Positions 1 to 8,569 of a stretch of 62,786 bases of DNA are shown here, in pieces. The notes below the pieces were generated by a model, which made no database searches, was not told where the DNA came from, and worked only from the letters and a program-made list of their open reading frames with translations. The stretch is taken from positions 1-62,786 of IMG/VR virus record IMGVR_UViG_3300025168_000083; one strand, 5' to 3'. Source of the stretch: a virus (taxonomy: Duplodnaviria; Caudoviricetes). A program made the translations under genes and the position numbers. Positions within the stretch are counted from its first letter, which is position 1; each line of letters begins with the position of its first letter.

Positions 1-279
1 GGCAGTTTCAGGATGTGGTGGAGATCCCCTACGACTCCAACAATCCTCGCCACAAGGTTAACAACTGGGTTAACATGTGGACACCGAGGGACAATGAGTT
101 GGAGATCCGGGGTACGGAGCCAAGGGAGCAGTTCAGTCTCATCGTTGAGCTGAATGTTCCGGCTTCTGGTGTGAAGTTCTCATACCAAGGCCCGTTTGTG
201 GCTGACCAGAATCATGCCTTCGGGGCATTGACTCGTCAGTTCAACGCTCACTTCCAAGGGTGCAACATTGAATCGAGGG
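1..279. repeat. Terminal direct repeat / circular overlap, left copy
   Basis: 1-279 matches 62508-62786 except G128/A62635, G152/A62659 and T167/G62674. Confidence 0.97.
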
Positions 280-362
280 ACTGCCTAGCAGTTGTCGAGA
301 TCAAAGCACCCAAGGTAGCAGCCAAGCTGCTGAGCATTGAGGATCCTCTGGGCATCATGTGA
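1..362 (+). CDS. 3' part of a ~197-aa hypothetical protein that starts at 62276 and crosses the circular junction
   Basis: Frame of ORF 15..362 is continuous with ATG 62276; stop TGA at 360-362. Confidence 0.85.
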   Translation, partial: QFQDVVEIPYDSNNPRHKVNNWVNMWTPRDNELEIRGTEPREQFSLIVELNVPASGVKFSYQGPFVADQNHAFGALTRQFNAHFQGCNIESRDCLAVVEIKAPKVAAKLLSIEDPLGIM

Positions 363-373
363 TCGTGATTCCC

Positions 374-403
374 GGCTGTAGTCTCTTGACGGGGGCTACA
401 GTC
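374..403 (+). terminator. 12-bp stem-loop after a stop codon (probable terminator or processing hairpin)
   Basis: GGCTGTAGTCTC-TTGACG-GGGGCTACAGTC with G-U pairs; weak U tract. Confidence 0.55.
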
Positions 404-463
404 ATTCTAACGGCCAGCTAGGCCACACTCTAGGCATCCCTAGAGAAGTGTGGGAATGACTTC

Positions 464-476
464 GGGCCTTCGGCCC
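464..476 (+). promoter_or_regulatory. Candidate hairpin promoter (template strand GGGCC-GAA-GGCCC)
   Basis: Perfect 5-bp stem with a C-GAA-G triloop on the minus strand; the core recurs at 689-699. Confidence 0.35.
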
Positions 477-480
477 TATA

Positions 481-676
481 TGATGTATAATATATTGTAT
501 ACCATGTACCATATGTTGTATGTCGGTATAGTTGGGGTTATAGATAGTAGCCTTCTATAGTCTACCTTAGCCTGTATCTTCTATAGTCTGTCTAATCTAT
601 GGTGTATGGATGTAGGATATAATCATGATGATATATAACTAGACACAATACTTATGTATATCCATAGTCTGTACTA
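481..676. other. AT-rich non-coding tract with short repeats (candidate origin or terminal region)
   Basis: No credible ORF; CTTCTATAGTCT at 552-563 and 578-589; many TATA/CTATAG words. Confidence 0.4.
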
Positions 677-712
677 GAGTTCTTCCTCGGCCTTCGGCCT
701 CCGGGAGAACTC
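677..712 (+). promoter_or_regulatory. Long hairpin capped by GGCC-TTC-GGCC (candidate hairpin promoter)
   Basis: GAGTTCTTCC...GGGAGAACTC stem enclosing GGCCTTCGGCC (689-699), just upstream of the RBS of ORF 745. Confidence 0.4.
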
Positions 713-744
713 AGGGCAAATCGATTTATGTAAGGAGATCGAAC

Positions 745-966
745 ATGGCTGCAAACAAGCCTATCGTGATCGACTGTGCCGAGGTTACCCCTCGAAAGCA
801 GAAGGTCGTTACCCGTACACCTGCCGAATGGCAGAAGTACATCACGAATCAAGTCCGAATCTGCGTCAAAGCAGAAGGAACTAACCACCAATGGGGCTCT
901 GACGCCAAGGAACGACTCGTTTCCAAGGCTAAGTCCCAAGGAATCGAGCTAACGAACCTCGCGTAA
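745..966 (+). CDS. Hypothetical early protein, 73 aa
   Basis: AAGGAG RBS upstream of ATG. Confidence 0.8.
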   Translation: MAANKPIVIDCAEVTPRKQKVVTRTPAEWQKYITNQVRICVKAEGTNHQWGSDAKERLVSKAKSQGIELTNLA

Positions 967-985
967 AGCGGGGTCTGCTCTTTTC

Positions 986-1394
986 CAAACAGAGGGTGCT
1001 ACCTCGGTCCCATATGTAGGACGAGGACACCCCTGTTTGTTCTCGGCAATGGCCCTGTGCTATTGCCCAGAACAAACAGAATATCGGGTGCTGGAGTGTG
1101 ATGATGACCGCCATTGACCAGCATACTATGAAAAGGCGGGTCCGGCTACGGCAGCCGTAAGGTAGATAGGAGACGAATCGCTAGCCGCAATATGAACGTG
1201 AGTATGTCTGGGAGACGCAGGTGCAAGTCCTGACTGCATAGCAGTCCTGTCGGATCCAACGGGCCTGTCCCTGACTGGGGCGGTAGTAGAAGAATAGTAT
1301 CTACACCCAGACCTCTACTCCACGGATGCCTGACCCGATAGACAGGTGCGGAGGATAACTTTGGGCGTTAAGTGTCCCCATTAGAAACGCCCAC
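986..1394 (+). ncRNA. Candidate structured non-coding RNA region
   Basis: ~450 nt without a credible ORF; several nested helices and crossing pairings (see findings). Confidence 0.55.
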
Positions 1395-1420
1395 CACTCT
1401 ATAACTACAAGGAGTCTACT

Positions 1421-1597
1421 ATGGACGCTACAACGACCGAGCATTACGAGTATCTCGACATGCTCAGGGAGACAGGAATTGTAAACATGTTCGGAGCTGG
1501 TTCCCACCTTATGGACCACTTCGATCTCACTAAGTATGAGGCTAACCGTATCCTGAAATCATGGATGGATACATACGAGGAACGTAAAGGAAGCTGA
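1421..1597 (+). CDS. Small phage protein, 58 aa (not in the ORF track)
   Basis: AAGGAG RBS; MDATTTEHYEYLDMLRETGIVNMFGAGSHLMDHF...; the YLDxLRExGxxNMFGA pattern is common in phage small proteins. Confidence 0.8.
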   Translation: MDATTTEHYEYLDMLRETGIVNMFGAGSHLMDHFDLTKYEANRILKSWMDTYEERKGS

Positions 1598-1598
1598 C

Positions 1599-2048
1599 AT
1601 GGGTATGGACGTATATGGAATTGACCCTCGCAATGCTGACGGAAAGTACTTCCGGGCCAACTGCTGGTCTTGGAGGCCTATCTGTGTGGCGATGGAGAAG
1701 AGTGGTGCTATTGACCACATCCCAGAACACCAACAACAACTGCTTGCTGAGAACTCTGGTGGCGGAGCCCGCAGCCGCACAGCCTGCCTTCTAATGGCTC
1801 ATGATCTGGACGACTGGATCAAGACAGCCAAGAACGTCAGGGGCAAGCCGGTAAGATACTCACCCACTGAGCTGGATGACATCTGTCGCATCGCACAGGA
1901 ACCCTCTGAACACGGAGGCCATGCCTTTGTTGATGAAGAGGATTGGGATAATGTCCCTACACAATCTGCGTATCAGGTTGACTGGGATCACCTCGAAGAA
2001 TTTGTGACCTTTCTCCGTGCCTGTGGCGACGGCTTTGAGGTCTGGTAA
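1599..2048 (+). CDS. Hypothetical early protein, 149 aa
   Basis: Follows the upstream stop by 1 nt; MGMDVYG...YFRANCWSWRP...FLRACGDGFEVW. Confidence 0.8.
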   Translation: MGMDVYGIDPRNADGKYFRANCWSWRPICVAMEKSGAIDHIPEHQQQLLAENSGGGARSRTACLLMAHDLDDWIKTAKNVRGKPVRYSPTELDDICRIAQEPSEHGGHAFVDEEDWDNVPTQSAYQVDWDHLEEFVTFLRACGDGFEVW

Positions 2049-2136
2049 ACTAATTAGACAAGCCTAGACTGTGGGATGTGAGCTAGAGGCTAGGATGAGG
2101 TGTTATAGGTACACCAAGAGAAGCAAGTGAAACCTA

Positions 2137-2445
2137 ATGGAGAATCAAATGTTACAAGAGTTCTACAAGAACAACCCAAACCCAAATCTTTTGGGGAAAA
2201 TTTCAGATCCACCCTTGACAGACCTACAAAAATCTGTTAATGTATACGAACCTATCGAGGCGTACTCAGAGCGGTGGACACACAGAGAGAACAAGAAGAC
2301 TGGAGAGTTCCTCGGGTCTGAGCCTATGCCGGGAACACGGAAACGAAATGATTTGCCACCGCTTTACATCCAATGGAAAGAGGACTGGAAAACTCGATTG
2401 GGTGTCATAAACAAGCGTGGTGTCAATGAGAAAAGAGGACAATGA
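2137..2445 (+). CDS. Hypothetical protein, 102 aa
   Basis: ORF in the early-gene run. Confidence 0.6.
   Translation: MENQMLQEFYKNNPNPNLLGKISDPPLTDLQKSVNVYEPIEAYSERWTHRENKKTGEFLGSEPMPGTRKRNDLPPLYIQWKEDWKTRLGVINKRGVNEKRGQ
2215..2243 (+). promoter_or_regulatory. Sigma70-type promoter
   Basis: TTGACA-17 nt-TAATGT with extended -10 TG at 2235-2236. Confidence 0.5.
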
Positions 2446-2587
2446 CTATCAGATAGCATACAGTAAACTCTACAAGTATGCCTATCAAAACAACTGGTCT
2501 CATAAAGAATTACATAACTGGCTGAGGGCTAACACTGACCCTCTTTATCTTTTGTACGCTGTAAATAATCTAATTGGAGAATTGTAA
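2426..2587 (+). CDS. Hypothetical protein, 53 aa (not in the ORF track)
   Basis: MRKEDNDYQIAYSKLYKYAY...; stop overlaps the next start (TAATG). Confidence 0.55.
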   Translation: MRKEDNDYQIAYSKLYKYAYQNNWSHKELHNWLRANTDPLYLLYAVNNLIGEL

Positions 2588-2931
2588 TGCCCTACTGTGG
2601 ATACCATGCTGTCACCTCAAGCTTTAACTTCTATCTTGAGAGCGATGAGCTGTGTGTAGATGGATCAGGTACTGCTGACGGAACATGCTACCTTGAGCAC
2701 GCTACTTGGGAATGCCCCGGACACGAAGAACATGATTTGGATGTTGAATCACTGTCTATTCAAGGACACATGTCAACTAAAGAAGGACACTTTGAGGATT
2801 CTAAGAAGCTGGAACTTACTGGCATCGAAGCTTGGAACTTCCTTGAAGCTAATGGATTTGATGAGAGTGACATCGAATGGGATGTCGACGATAACTATCA
2901 CGATGAGGATAACTACGATGACTATGATTGA
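2587..2931 (+). CDS. Acidic hypothetical protein, 114 aa
   Basis: GGAG RBS; TAATG coupling; D/E-rich C-terminus. Confidence 0.7.
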   Translation: MPYCGYHAVTSSFNFYLESDELCVDGSGTADGTCYLEHATWECPGHEEHDLDVESLSIQGHMSTKEGHFEDSKKLELTGIEAWNFLEANGFDESDIEWDVDDNYHDEDNYDDYD

Positions 2932-3268
2932 AGCAACACTGGTTGAGTCCAAGCTTGAAAGCAAGGACAAGACCCAACGTCTGTTCAAAATGAGCAGCCC
3001 TTTGACTTGGGAAACTTGGGACGACGAAGACACTACAAATACTACTGACTTTGTACTTGTCTCTAGAATTATGGCTACGGACCACGGAGGTTGGGAAACT
3101 ATGATCTTCCCTGCTGATGCACAAGGTGAAGTAATTAACTGGGGAGAACTGTGGTGTGTACGTGAATGGGAACACATGGGAACAACGATAAATAACTTCG
3201 TTGAATCCCTGAACAAGGAGACCGAAGATGCCGATAGACTACAAACTGGCTCAAGTTTCTTGGACTGA
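2924..3268 (+). CDS. Hypothetical protein, ~114 aa (start reassigned from 2660)
   Basis: ATG 2924 overlaps the upstream stop; MIEATLVESK...ETMIFPADAQG. Confidence 0.7.
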   Translation: MIEATLVESKLESKDKTQRLFKMSSPLTWETWDDEDTTNTTDFVLVSRIMATDHGGWETMIFPADAQGEVINWGELWCVREWEHMGTTINNFVESLNKETEDADRLQTGSSFLD

Positions 3269-3482
3269 CGCTGAGACATACGGAGATACCTCTTGGATGA
3301 AACTCGAAGAGGCAATCGAACAAGCGAACACCGCCCCACCTACCATGCGTAGCGTGGGCTGGGTTCTCTATAAGGATGCTACATATATCGCACTGACCTC
3401 TGACCTTGGGCCAGAAGAGTGTGGGCATATCACAAAGATACCAATCGCAATGATTGAAACTATGAAATGGATAGATGAATGA
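3228..3482 (+). CDS. Conserved-type small phage protein, 84 aa
   Basis: AAGGAG RBS; VSWTDA...SVGWVL...KIPIAMI pattern. Confidence 0.75.
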   Translation: MPIDYKLAQVSWTDAETYGDTSWMKLEEAIEQANTAPPTMRSVGWVLYKDATYIALTSDLGPEECGHITKIPIAMIETMKWIDE

Positions 3483-3787
3483 AGCCTAATTTCTTTAAAG
3501 AGATTGATATGTGGGGTAGGGCATCTGATGACCCTGACTTTGGTATCATTCCTAGTAACGACGAGTACTGGGTAGCACGTAAGCACCCACACTTTAGAGA
3601 AGAAACCTACTGGCTTGAACGTGAAGCAGAGTTCTGGCACACACTGGCTGATAGTTTCTATTACGGCTGTGAAAATGGTGACACTGAGTGGATAGAAATG
3701 TGCATTACAAAGTATGGTTCTTATTTCCAAGAAGAAGATAACTTAGGTGTAAGTTTCTACAAGGAGTATGTTGATGGGGAGAGTTAA
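3479..3787 (+). CDS. Hypothetical protein, 102 aa
   Basis: ATGA overlap with the upstream gene. Confidence 0.7.
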   Translation: MKPNFFKEIDMWGRASDDPDFGIIPSNDEYWVARKHPHFREETYWLEREAEFWHTLADSFYYGCENGDTEWIEMCITKYGSYFQEEDNLGVSFYKEYVDGES

Positions 3788-3944
3788 GAGTACAGCTTAC
3801 CATTGCTGGGAGCTAGCCCAAGGGGCAGAAGAACCCGACTGGGATTACATTGCAAGTGAAACTGGCCTACCTGACGGCAAGACAGCCAAGGAATGGGCAG
3901 AACAATGGGATAAACTCGAACAACAGGAGTATAACGGTGGCTAA
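3774..3944 (+). CDS. Hypothetical protein, 56 aa (not in the ORF track)
   Basis: AAGGAG RBS; MGRVKSTAYHCWELAQ... Confidence 0.6.
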   Translation: MGRVKSTAYHCWELAQGAEEPDWDYIASETGLPDGKTAKEWAEQWDKLEQQEYNGG

Positions 3945-4218
3945 GAAAGTTTTTGAGGTTAGGGTTAACTATACCGAGCTAACCTACGGTAGCTGCTACG
4001 TCCACGTAGAGGCTGAGACTAAGGTAGAAGCAGAAGAATTGTTTGGCAGTGATCCCTTCGCCTACGATTGGGAAGGCTGGGAACAGCACGACTCTGAAAT
4101 GCAAGACTGGGACATTGATGATGTAGAGTATGATGACTTCATGACTAAGCGACTACAAGAAAAAGAACAGTTAGATAATATCACCAACAAAATGTCTCAT
4201 GAGGATATGGATGACTAA
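3937..4218 (+). CDS. Acidic hypothetical protein (start reassigned to GTG 3937)
   Basis: AGGAG RBS upstream of GTG; MAKKVFEVRVNY... Confidence 0.7.
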   Translation: MAKKVFEVRVNYTELTYGSCYVHVEAETKVEAEELFGSDPFAYDWEGWEQHDSEMQDWDIDDVEYDDFMTKRLQEKEQLDNITNKMSHEDMDD

Positions 4219-4417
4219 AAAGTTCGGCATTCTTGTAACCGGAGAAGGCCATGATGGCACTTGGATGAGTGACTCATGGCATAAGGACAAGCAGGGCGAC
4301 TGGTTTCCCGAGCCAGCCCTGTATACTACCATGACTGAGGCAAAGGCTGATGCTAAACTATTCAGTAAAGATAGTAAATATCAGTATGTTGCTATGAAAT
4401 ACAAAGAAAACCCTTGA
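4199..4417 (+). CDS. Hypothetical protein, ~70 aa
   Basis: Overlaps the upstream stop; true start may be ATG 4211. Confidence 0.65.
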   Translation: MRIWMTKKFGILVTGEGHDGTWMSDSWHKDKQGDWFPEPALYTTMTEAKADAKLFSKDSKYQYVAMKYKENP

Positions 4418-4442
4418 CACGGGCTGACTTATATACTACAAT
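4414..4442 (+). promoter_or_regulatory. Sigma70-type promoter
   Basis: TTGACA(4414)-17 nt-TACAAT(4437), mostly intergenic, with an A-rich upstream tract. Confidence 0.75.
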
Positions 4443-4459
4443 ACATAGGATGACAAGGG

Positions 4460-4681
4460 ATGAATGTAAAACACATACCAATCACAATCAATATCCATGC
4501 TATGGAAGAACTCCTCAGGAACAATCACATCCAAGACTACACAGACGACGGCTTCGTCTTAACTATTGAGGCTGGGTGGATCCCTGCCGGTGATGTCTTG
4601 GAAGATATGATTTATTCGGAGGTTCTGTATGAGGAAGAAACAAAGGGAACGAAAGATCAAGTCAGATCAAGTACGCCCTAA
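4460..4681 (+). CDS. Hypothetical protein, 73 aa
   Basis: ORF directly downstream of the promoter. Confidence 0.6.
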   Translation: MNVKHIPITINIHAMEELLRNNHIQDYTDDGFVLTIEAGWIPAGDVLEDMIYSEVLYEEETKGTKDQVRSSTP

Positions 4682-4811
4682 GAAGACAAGACAATACCCA
4701 ACCCGTCAAAAGACTAAGGATACCCTACGTAATTGGGAATCAACGGATTGGGAAGATTTAACTAGTGATAATTTAGAAGGAAAATATAATGCACGAGATG
4801 ACTCAGAATGA
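4629..4811 (+). CDS. Basic hypothetical protein, 60 aa
   Basis: GGAGG RBS upstream; overlaps both neighbours. Confidence 0.5.
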   Translation: MRKKQRERKIKSDQVRPKKTRQYPTRQKTKDTLRNWESTDWEDLTSDNLEGKYNARDDSE

Positions 4812-5772
4812 CTCTGCTGCTTATTTCAAAACTCCTGCGTGGCATGGCCTTGGCAATGTCATTGAAGACCCCATTGATATTTGGGATGGGATGTATCAGG
4901 CTGGTCTTAACTGGACTGTCCGCAAGGAAGAAGGTATTACTGTAGGTAATCCTTACTCAGGTCAGGTGTACTCACCCGACTACCATGCTATTGTTCGTGA
5001 AGATACTAAGGATATTCTTGGTATTGTCAGCAAGCAATACAAGATCATTCAGAACGAAGAGATCTTCCGTCTCGCTGAATGCTTTGGCTCTGACGCTACG
5101 GTAGAAAGTGCTGGCTCTATTCAGGATGGCCGCAAGCTGTACCTATTGCTGCGAGGCACACCCTTCGAGGCTGTGCAAGGTGACACCGTACAACGATACA
5201 TGGCTTTGATGTGGGGCCACGACGGTACGCTGTCTGGTCACATGTTCCCAACGTCTGTTCGTGTGGTGTGTAAGAACACTATGGACATGGCAATGGGAGA
5301 GTCAGGTAAGAAGGTTGTGATCAAGCACTCAGGCGACATCGAAGAAAAGCTTTCGTTCGCTAGAGATGCAATCGCTCGGTTCAAGCAGACGGGTAACTTG
5401 TTTGCTCAGACCACACAGGATCTCGCTAAGGTTCCTACTGATACTGCTACTATTAATAAATTCTTCTGGAACATCTTCGAGAGTATGCATGGAGCAATCC
5501 CTGTCAATCCTGAGAATGAGAAGGAAGAAACACAGAAGGTAAAAGCTGTAACTACAATGTCCAAGTGGGTAGAAACCCTTGAGGATGAAGCCAAAGACTT
5601 TGGCGTAAACCTTTGGATTGCAGCAAACGCCGTAACGAATGACATCCAACACACAACTGGATCCCGTGGACGCAAGAAGACCCCCGCTTCTGCTGCATAC
5701 GGTAATCTAGCTGGTAAGGGTGCTAAGGATTCGTCTATGGTGCTTGCCGCAGCTATTCAAATGGCAAAGTAA
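4789..5772 (+). CDS. DUF932-family phage/plasmid protein
   Basis: PAWHGLG, HDGT and VRVVCKNT motifs. Confidence 0.85.
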   Translation: MHEMTQNDSAAYFKTPAWHGLGNVIEDPIDIWDGMYQAGLNWTVRKEEGITVGNPYSGQVYSPDYHAIVREDTKDILGIVSKQYKIIQNEEIFRLAECFGSDATVESAGSIQDGRKLYLLLRGTPFEAVQGDTVQRYMALMWGHDGTLSGHMFPTSVRVVCKNTMDMAMGESGKKVVIKHSGDIEEKLSFARDAIARFKQTGNLFAQTTQDLAKVPTDTATINKFFWNIFESMHGAIPVNPENEKEETQKVKAVTTMSKWVETLEDEAKDFGVNLWIAANAVTNDIQHTTGSRGRKKTPASAAYGNLAGKGAKDSSMVLAAAIQMAK

Positions 5773-5786
5773 ACAGCTATCGAACG

Positions 5787-5817
5787 GGGGGTGGGACGCT
5801 GAGCTGCTCCCGCCCCC
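5787..5817 (+). terminator. GC-rich stem-loop
   Basis: GGGGGTGGGA...TCCCGCCCCC shortly after the stop; poor U tract. Confidence 0.5.
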
Positions 5818-5839
5818 TTAGTAGATCAAGGAGAAACCT

Positions 5840-6130
5840 ATGGAACGAGAACATGATCAAGGTTATGGCGGTACTTTTAATGCACACAAGAATTGGAAGA
5901 AGTTAAGAGAAAAGCACCGTTCAGATGAAGCACACCAAGCAAGAGGTGGTAGCAGAAAGTGGAAGCCTGAAGTATACCGTTCAACTGGTGCTGGCAAGGG
6001 CGATCAAGAAAGACAATCTCTTGTGTCAAAAGAAATATATGATTTAAACTTCGACCTTGCCTTTGGTAATATTACAAAGGAAGAGTACGAAATAAAACTA
6101 AAGGAACTTATTCGTGAAGACATGGAATAG
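5840..6130 (+). CDS. Hypothetical protein, 96 aa
   Basis: AAGGAG RBS; GAGKGD motif. Confidence 0.75.
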   Translation: MEREHDQGYGGTFNAHKNWKKLREKHRSDEAHQARGGSRKWKPEVYRSTGAGKGDQERQSLVSKEIYDLNFDLAFGNITKEEYEIKLKELIREDME

Positions 6131-8558
6131 TTTATCTGACCAAGAGCAGGCGGCACGTAGAGAAACACAATACGAATACGAACGTATGATGTTAGACTAT
6201 GGTCGTGAACGTTATTGGAAAGACTATAACAGAGCACCGGACGAGGGTATACCGGAACAGGAGCTAATCGATTCTTCTGTTATGGAACTTGAGTCTGTCT
6301 ATCAAGAGTGGATAGATAATGTGTGTCAGTCTACCAAGTCACCTCAATGGTTGTATCCTTTGCTTGAGCTAGGTGCTCGCAAGATGGCCGACATAACCAT
6401 GCGTGCCGTCATTCGTAGCTGGTTCTCTAGTGGCTTCTGGGGATACAGATGGAATGAGGAGCAACACACCCCACCGCTGGCCCAGTCCGTAGCTACTCAG
6501 ATAGCACAAGATGCTTGTGACATCATGGGATTCCAACGTGCCAAAGAAAACAAACGAGAGGATTGGATGCGTCAGTCTAAGTTCATAAAGAACTGGACTA
6601 CCAAAAGATGCAAAGCATTTGCTCTGAAGATGGGTGAGAATATCAACCTATCTATTAAACAGAAGCACGACTTTGGTCACCACATGCTACGCATAGCTGC
6701 CTGCTCTAACATAATCCTACTCAACCCTAAGACTATTAAAAAGGGTAAGATGTTTAAGAAGTATACGTTTGTAGAAATCCACAACGATGTACTCAAGGAG
6801 TTACATAAACGACACCACTTACTTGAGACATCTTCTTTAGTATACAGGCCTATGCTTGCGCCTCCCGAGAAGCATACCTTGGTTGAGTCTGGTGGATATC
6901 AGACCATTACAATTAGAAAACCTGTGGTACAGGGCTATCGATCTAACTTCTTTGGTGAGTATCCCAAGTCACAGAAGTTCTCTGAGCCCTCCCAGCTGGT
7001 GCTAGATGGCCTCAACAAACAGGGCCAAACCGAATGGGCAATCAATGAGGATGTCCTTGAGGTCATGGAAACCATGTTCGAGAACAACGGTGGCCTAGCA
7101 AACCTGCCCTACTATAGCTTCGAGGAGTTCATGTTTAATGAGCCCTACCCTAAAGATGGGCCAAAAGAAGAGCAAGCAATCTGGTGTCAGAAACGTGAGG
7201 AAACTTGGGGTGAATGGTACAAGCAGGAGCAGGGCCGTGGCCGTATGCTGGTCAGGCTCAAGCTAGCCAAGGATCTCATACCCCACCGCTTCTTCTACCA
7301 TGTGTATACCCTTGACTTCAGGGGTAGATCGTACACTACCTGTGAGCTACTGTCTCCCCAGTCCTCTGATCTTGATCGTGGATTGATCATGTTGAAGAAC
7401 GGACAGAAGCTGACGGCTCGTGGTAGATACTGGCAACAGATAAACCTTGCCAACCTATTCGACCAAGACAAGCTACCATTTGATGAGCGTATTGAGTGGG
7501 TAGAAAATAACTGGTGTATGCTACAAAGAATTGCAAACGATCCCTATAGTAATAAGGAATGGATAGATGACGCAAAGAAAAAGAATAAATCTTTTCAGCG
7601 CCTTGCTGCTGTCTTTGACATATGCAGGGACGATGGCTATTGCTATATCGCTACTAACCTAGATGGTAAGTGTAACGGTAACCAACACCTCAGTTCTATA
7701 ATGGGTGACTCAGTTATTGCTAAGCTTACTGGTGTCACTCCCTCTGATTTCCCTGAGGATCTCTACCAACATGTCGCTGACGTTACTACTCTGTACTGCA
7801 ATGAGCATAAGGAAGATAATGATTGGCACACAGAGTTTCTTTCACACTGGAAAGAAGAGATACCTCGCAAGGTAACTAAGAGATCTACTATGTGTGATGC
7901 TTATGGCCTTACATTCTATGGGATACAGAAGTATCTTAAGATAGAAGGACATTTAGATTGGGTTGAGAGAGAAAGAGCAGGCGGTGCTATAGTTGAGCTA
8001 GCACGGGCAATCCAAGCCAGCCTTAACAGATCTCTTGTAGAACCTAACAAGGCCAAGGCATACCTTAAAGAAGTAACTACTAAAGCAAATGAATTAAACA
8101 AACACTTGAGTTGGACCACACCTAGTGGATTCAAAGTAGTACACTACTACAATCAGGTGCAGACACGTAGATCCCTTGCTAAACTATTCAATAACAGGGA
8201 GCTAACATTCTTTGTTAGAACTTCTGATGTAGACTCAAGGGGTGCGGTGCAAGCCATCTCCCCTAACTACGTACACTCGTTAGATGCAGCACATATGTTT
8301 TTAACTATAAACAAAATGGCCTTGACAGGCATAGAAGATTACTGTATGATACATGACTCCTTCGGGTGTCATCCTAATCAAGTTGATGATATGTTAGTAT
8401 GTATTAAGGAAGAGTTCCTAAAGATACATAAGGAAAATCAACTAGAAAAATTTAAGATAGAGATTGAACATCAGCTGGGTATACAGCTGCCTCCAATCCC
8501 TGCAAGGGGAGAATTAGATTTGTCAGGGGTGTTAGAATCCCAATACTTCTTCGCATAA
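6114..8558 (+). CDS. T7-like single-subunit DNA-directed RNA polymerase (RNAP-1), 814 aa
   Basis: DFRGRSY, motif A LDGKCNGNQH, motif B RKVTKRSTMCDAYG, PNYVHSLDA, motif C IHDSFG, C-terminal YFFA. Confidence 0.97.
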   Translation: MKTWNSLSDQEQAARRETQYEYERMMLDYGRERYWKDYNRAPDEGIPEQELIDSSVMELESVYQEWIDNVCQSTKSPQWLYPLLELGARKMADITMRAVIRSWFSSGFWGYRWNEEQHTPPLAQSVATQIAQDACDIMGFQRAKENKREDWMRQSKFIKNWTTKRCKAFALKMGENINLSIKQKHDFGHHMLRIAACSNIILLNPKTIKKGKMFKKYTFVEIHNDVLKELHKRHHLLETSSLVYRPMLAPPEKHTLVESGGYQTITIRKPVVQGYRSNFFGEYPKSQKFSEPSQLVLDGLNKQGQTEWAINEDVLEVMETMFENNGGLANLPYYSFEEFMFNEPYPKDGPKEEQAIWCQKREETWGEWYKQEQGRGRMLVRLKLAKDLIPHRFFYHVYTLDFRGRSYTTCELLSPQSSDLDRGLIMLKNGQKLTARGRYWQQINLANLFDQDKLPFDERIEWVENNWCMLQRIANDPYSNKEWIDDAKKKNKSFQRLAAVFDICRDDGYCYIATNLDGKCNGNQHLSSIMGDSVIAKLTGVTPSDFPEDLYQHVADVTTLYCNEHKEDNDWHTEFLSHWKEEIPRKVTKRSTMCDAYGLTFYGIQKYLKIEGHLDWVERERAGGAIVELARAIQASLNRSLVEPNKAKAYLKEVTTKANELNKHLSWTTPSGFKVVHYYNQVQTRRSLAKLFNNRELTFFVRTSDVDSRGAVQAISPNYVHSLDAAHMFLTINKMALTGIEDYCMIHDSFGCHPNQVDDMLVCIKEEFLKIHKENQLEKFKIEIEHQLGIQLPPIPARGELDLSGVLESQYFFA
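8322..8350 (+). promoter_or_regulatory. Sigma70-type promoter inside the RNAP-1 coding sequence
   Basis: TTGACA(8322)-17 nt-TATGAT(8345). Confidence 0.55.
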
Positions 8559-8569
8559 AGGAGAAAGAC

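Noticed and set aside
552-589. CTTCTATAGTCT repeats as a CRISPR array
   Set aside because: Only two 12-nt copies with a 14-nt gap, and no cas genes
1218-1232. GGTGCAAGTCC as part of a twister-sister ribozyme or a tRNA
   Set aside because: The other conserved elements (GCUCA internal loop, cloverleaf) are not present; kept only as a T-loop-like hairpin
3525-3531. Other CTGATGA words (also ~60094) as additional hammerhead cores
   Set aside because: Inside coding sequence and lacking the flanking stems and GAAA arrangement
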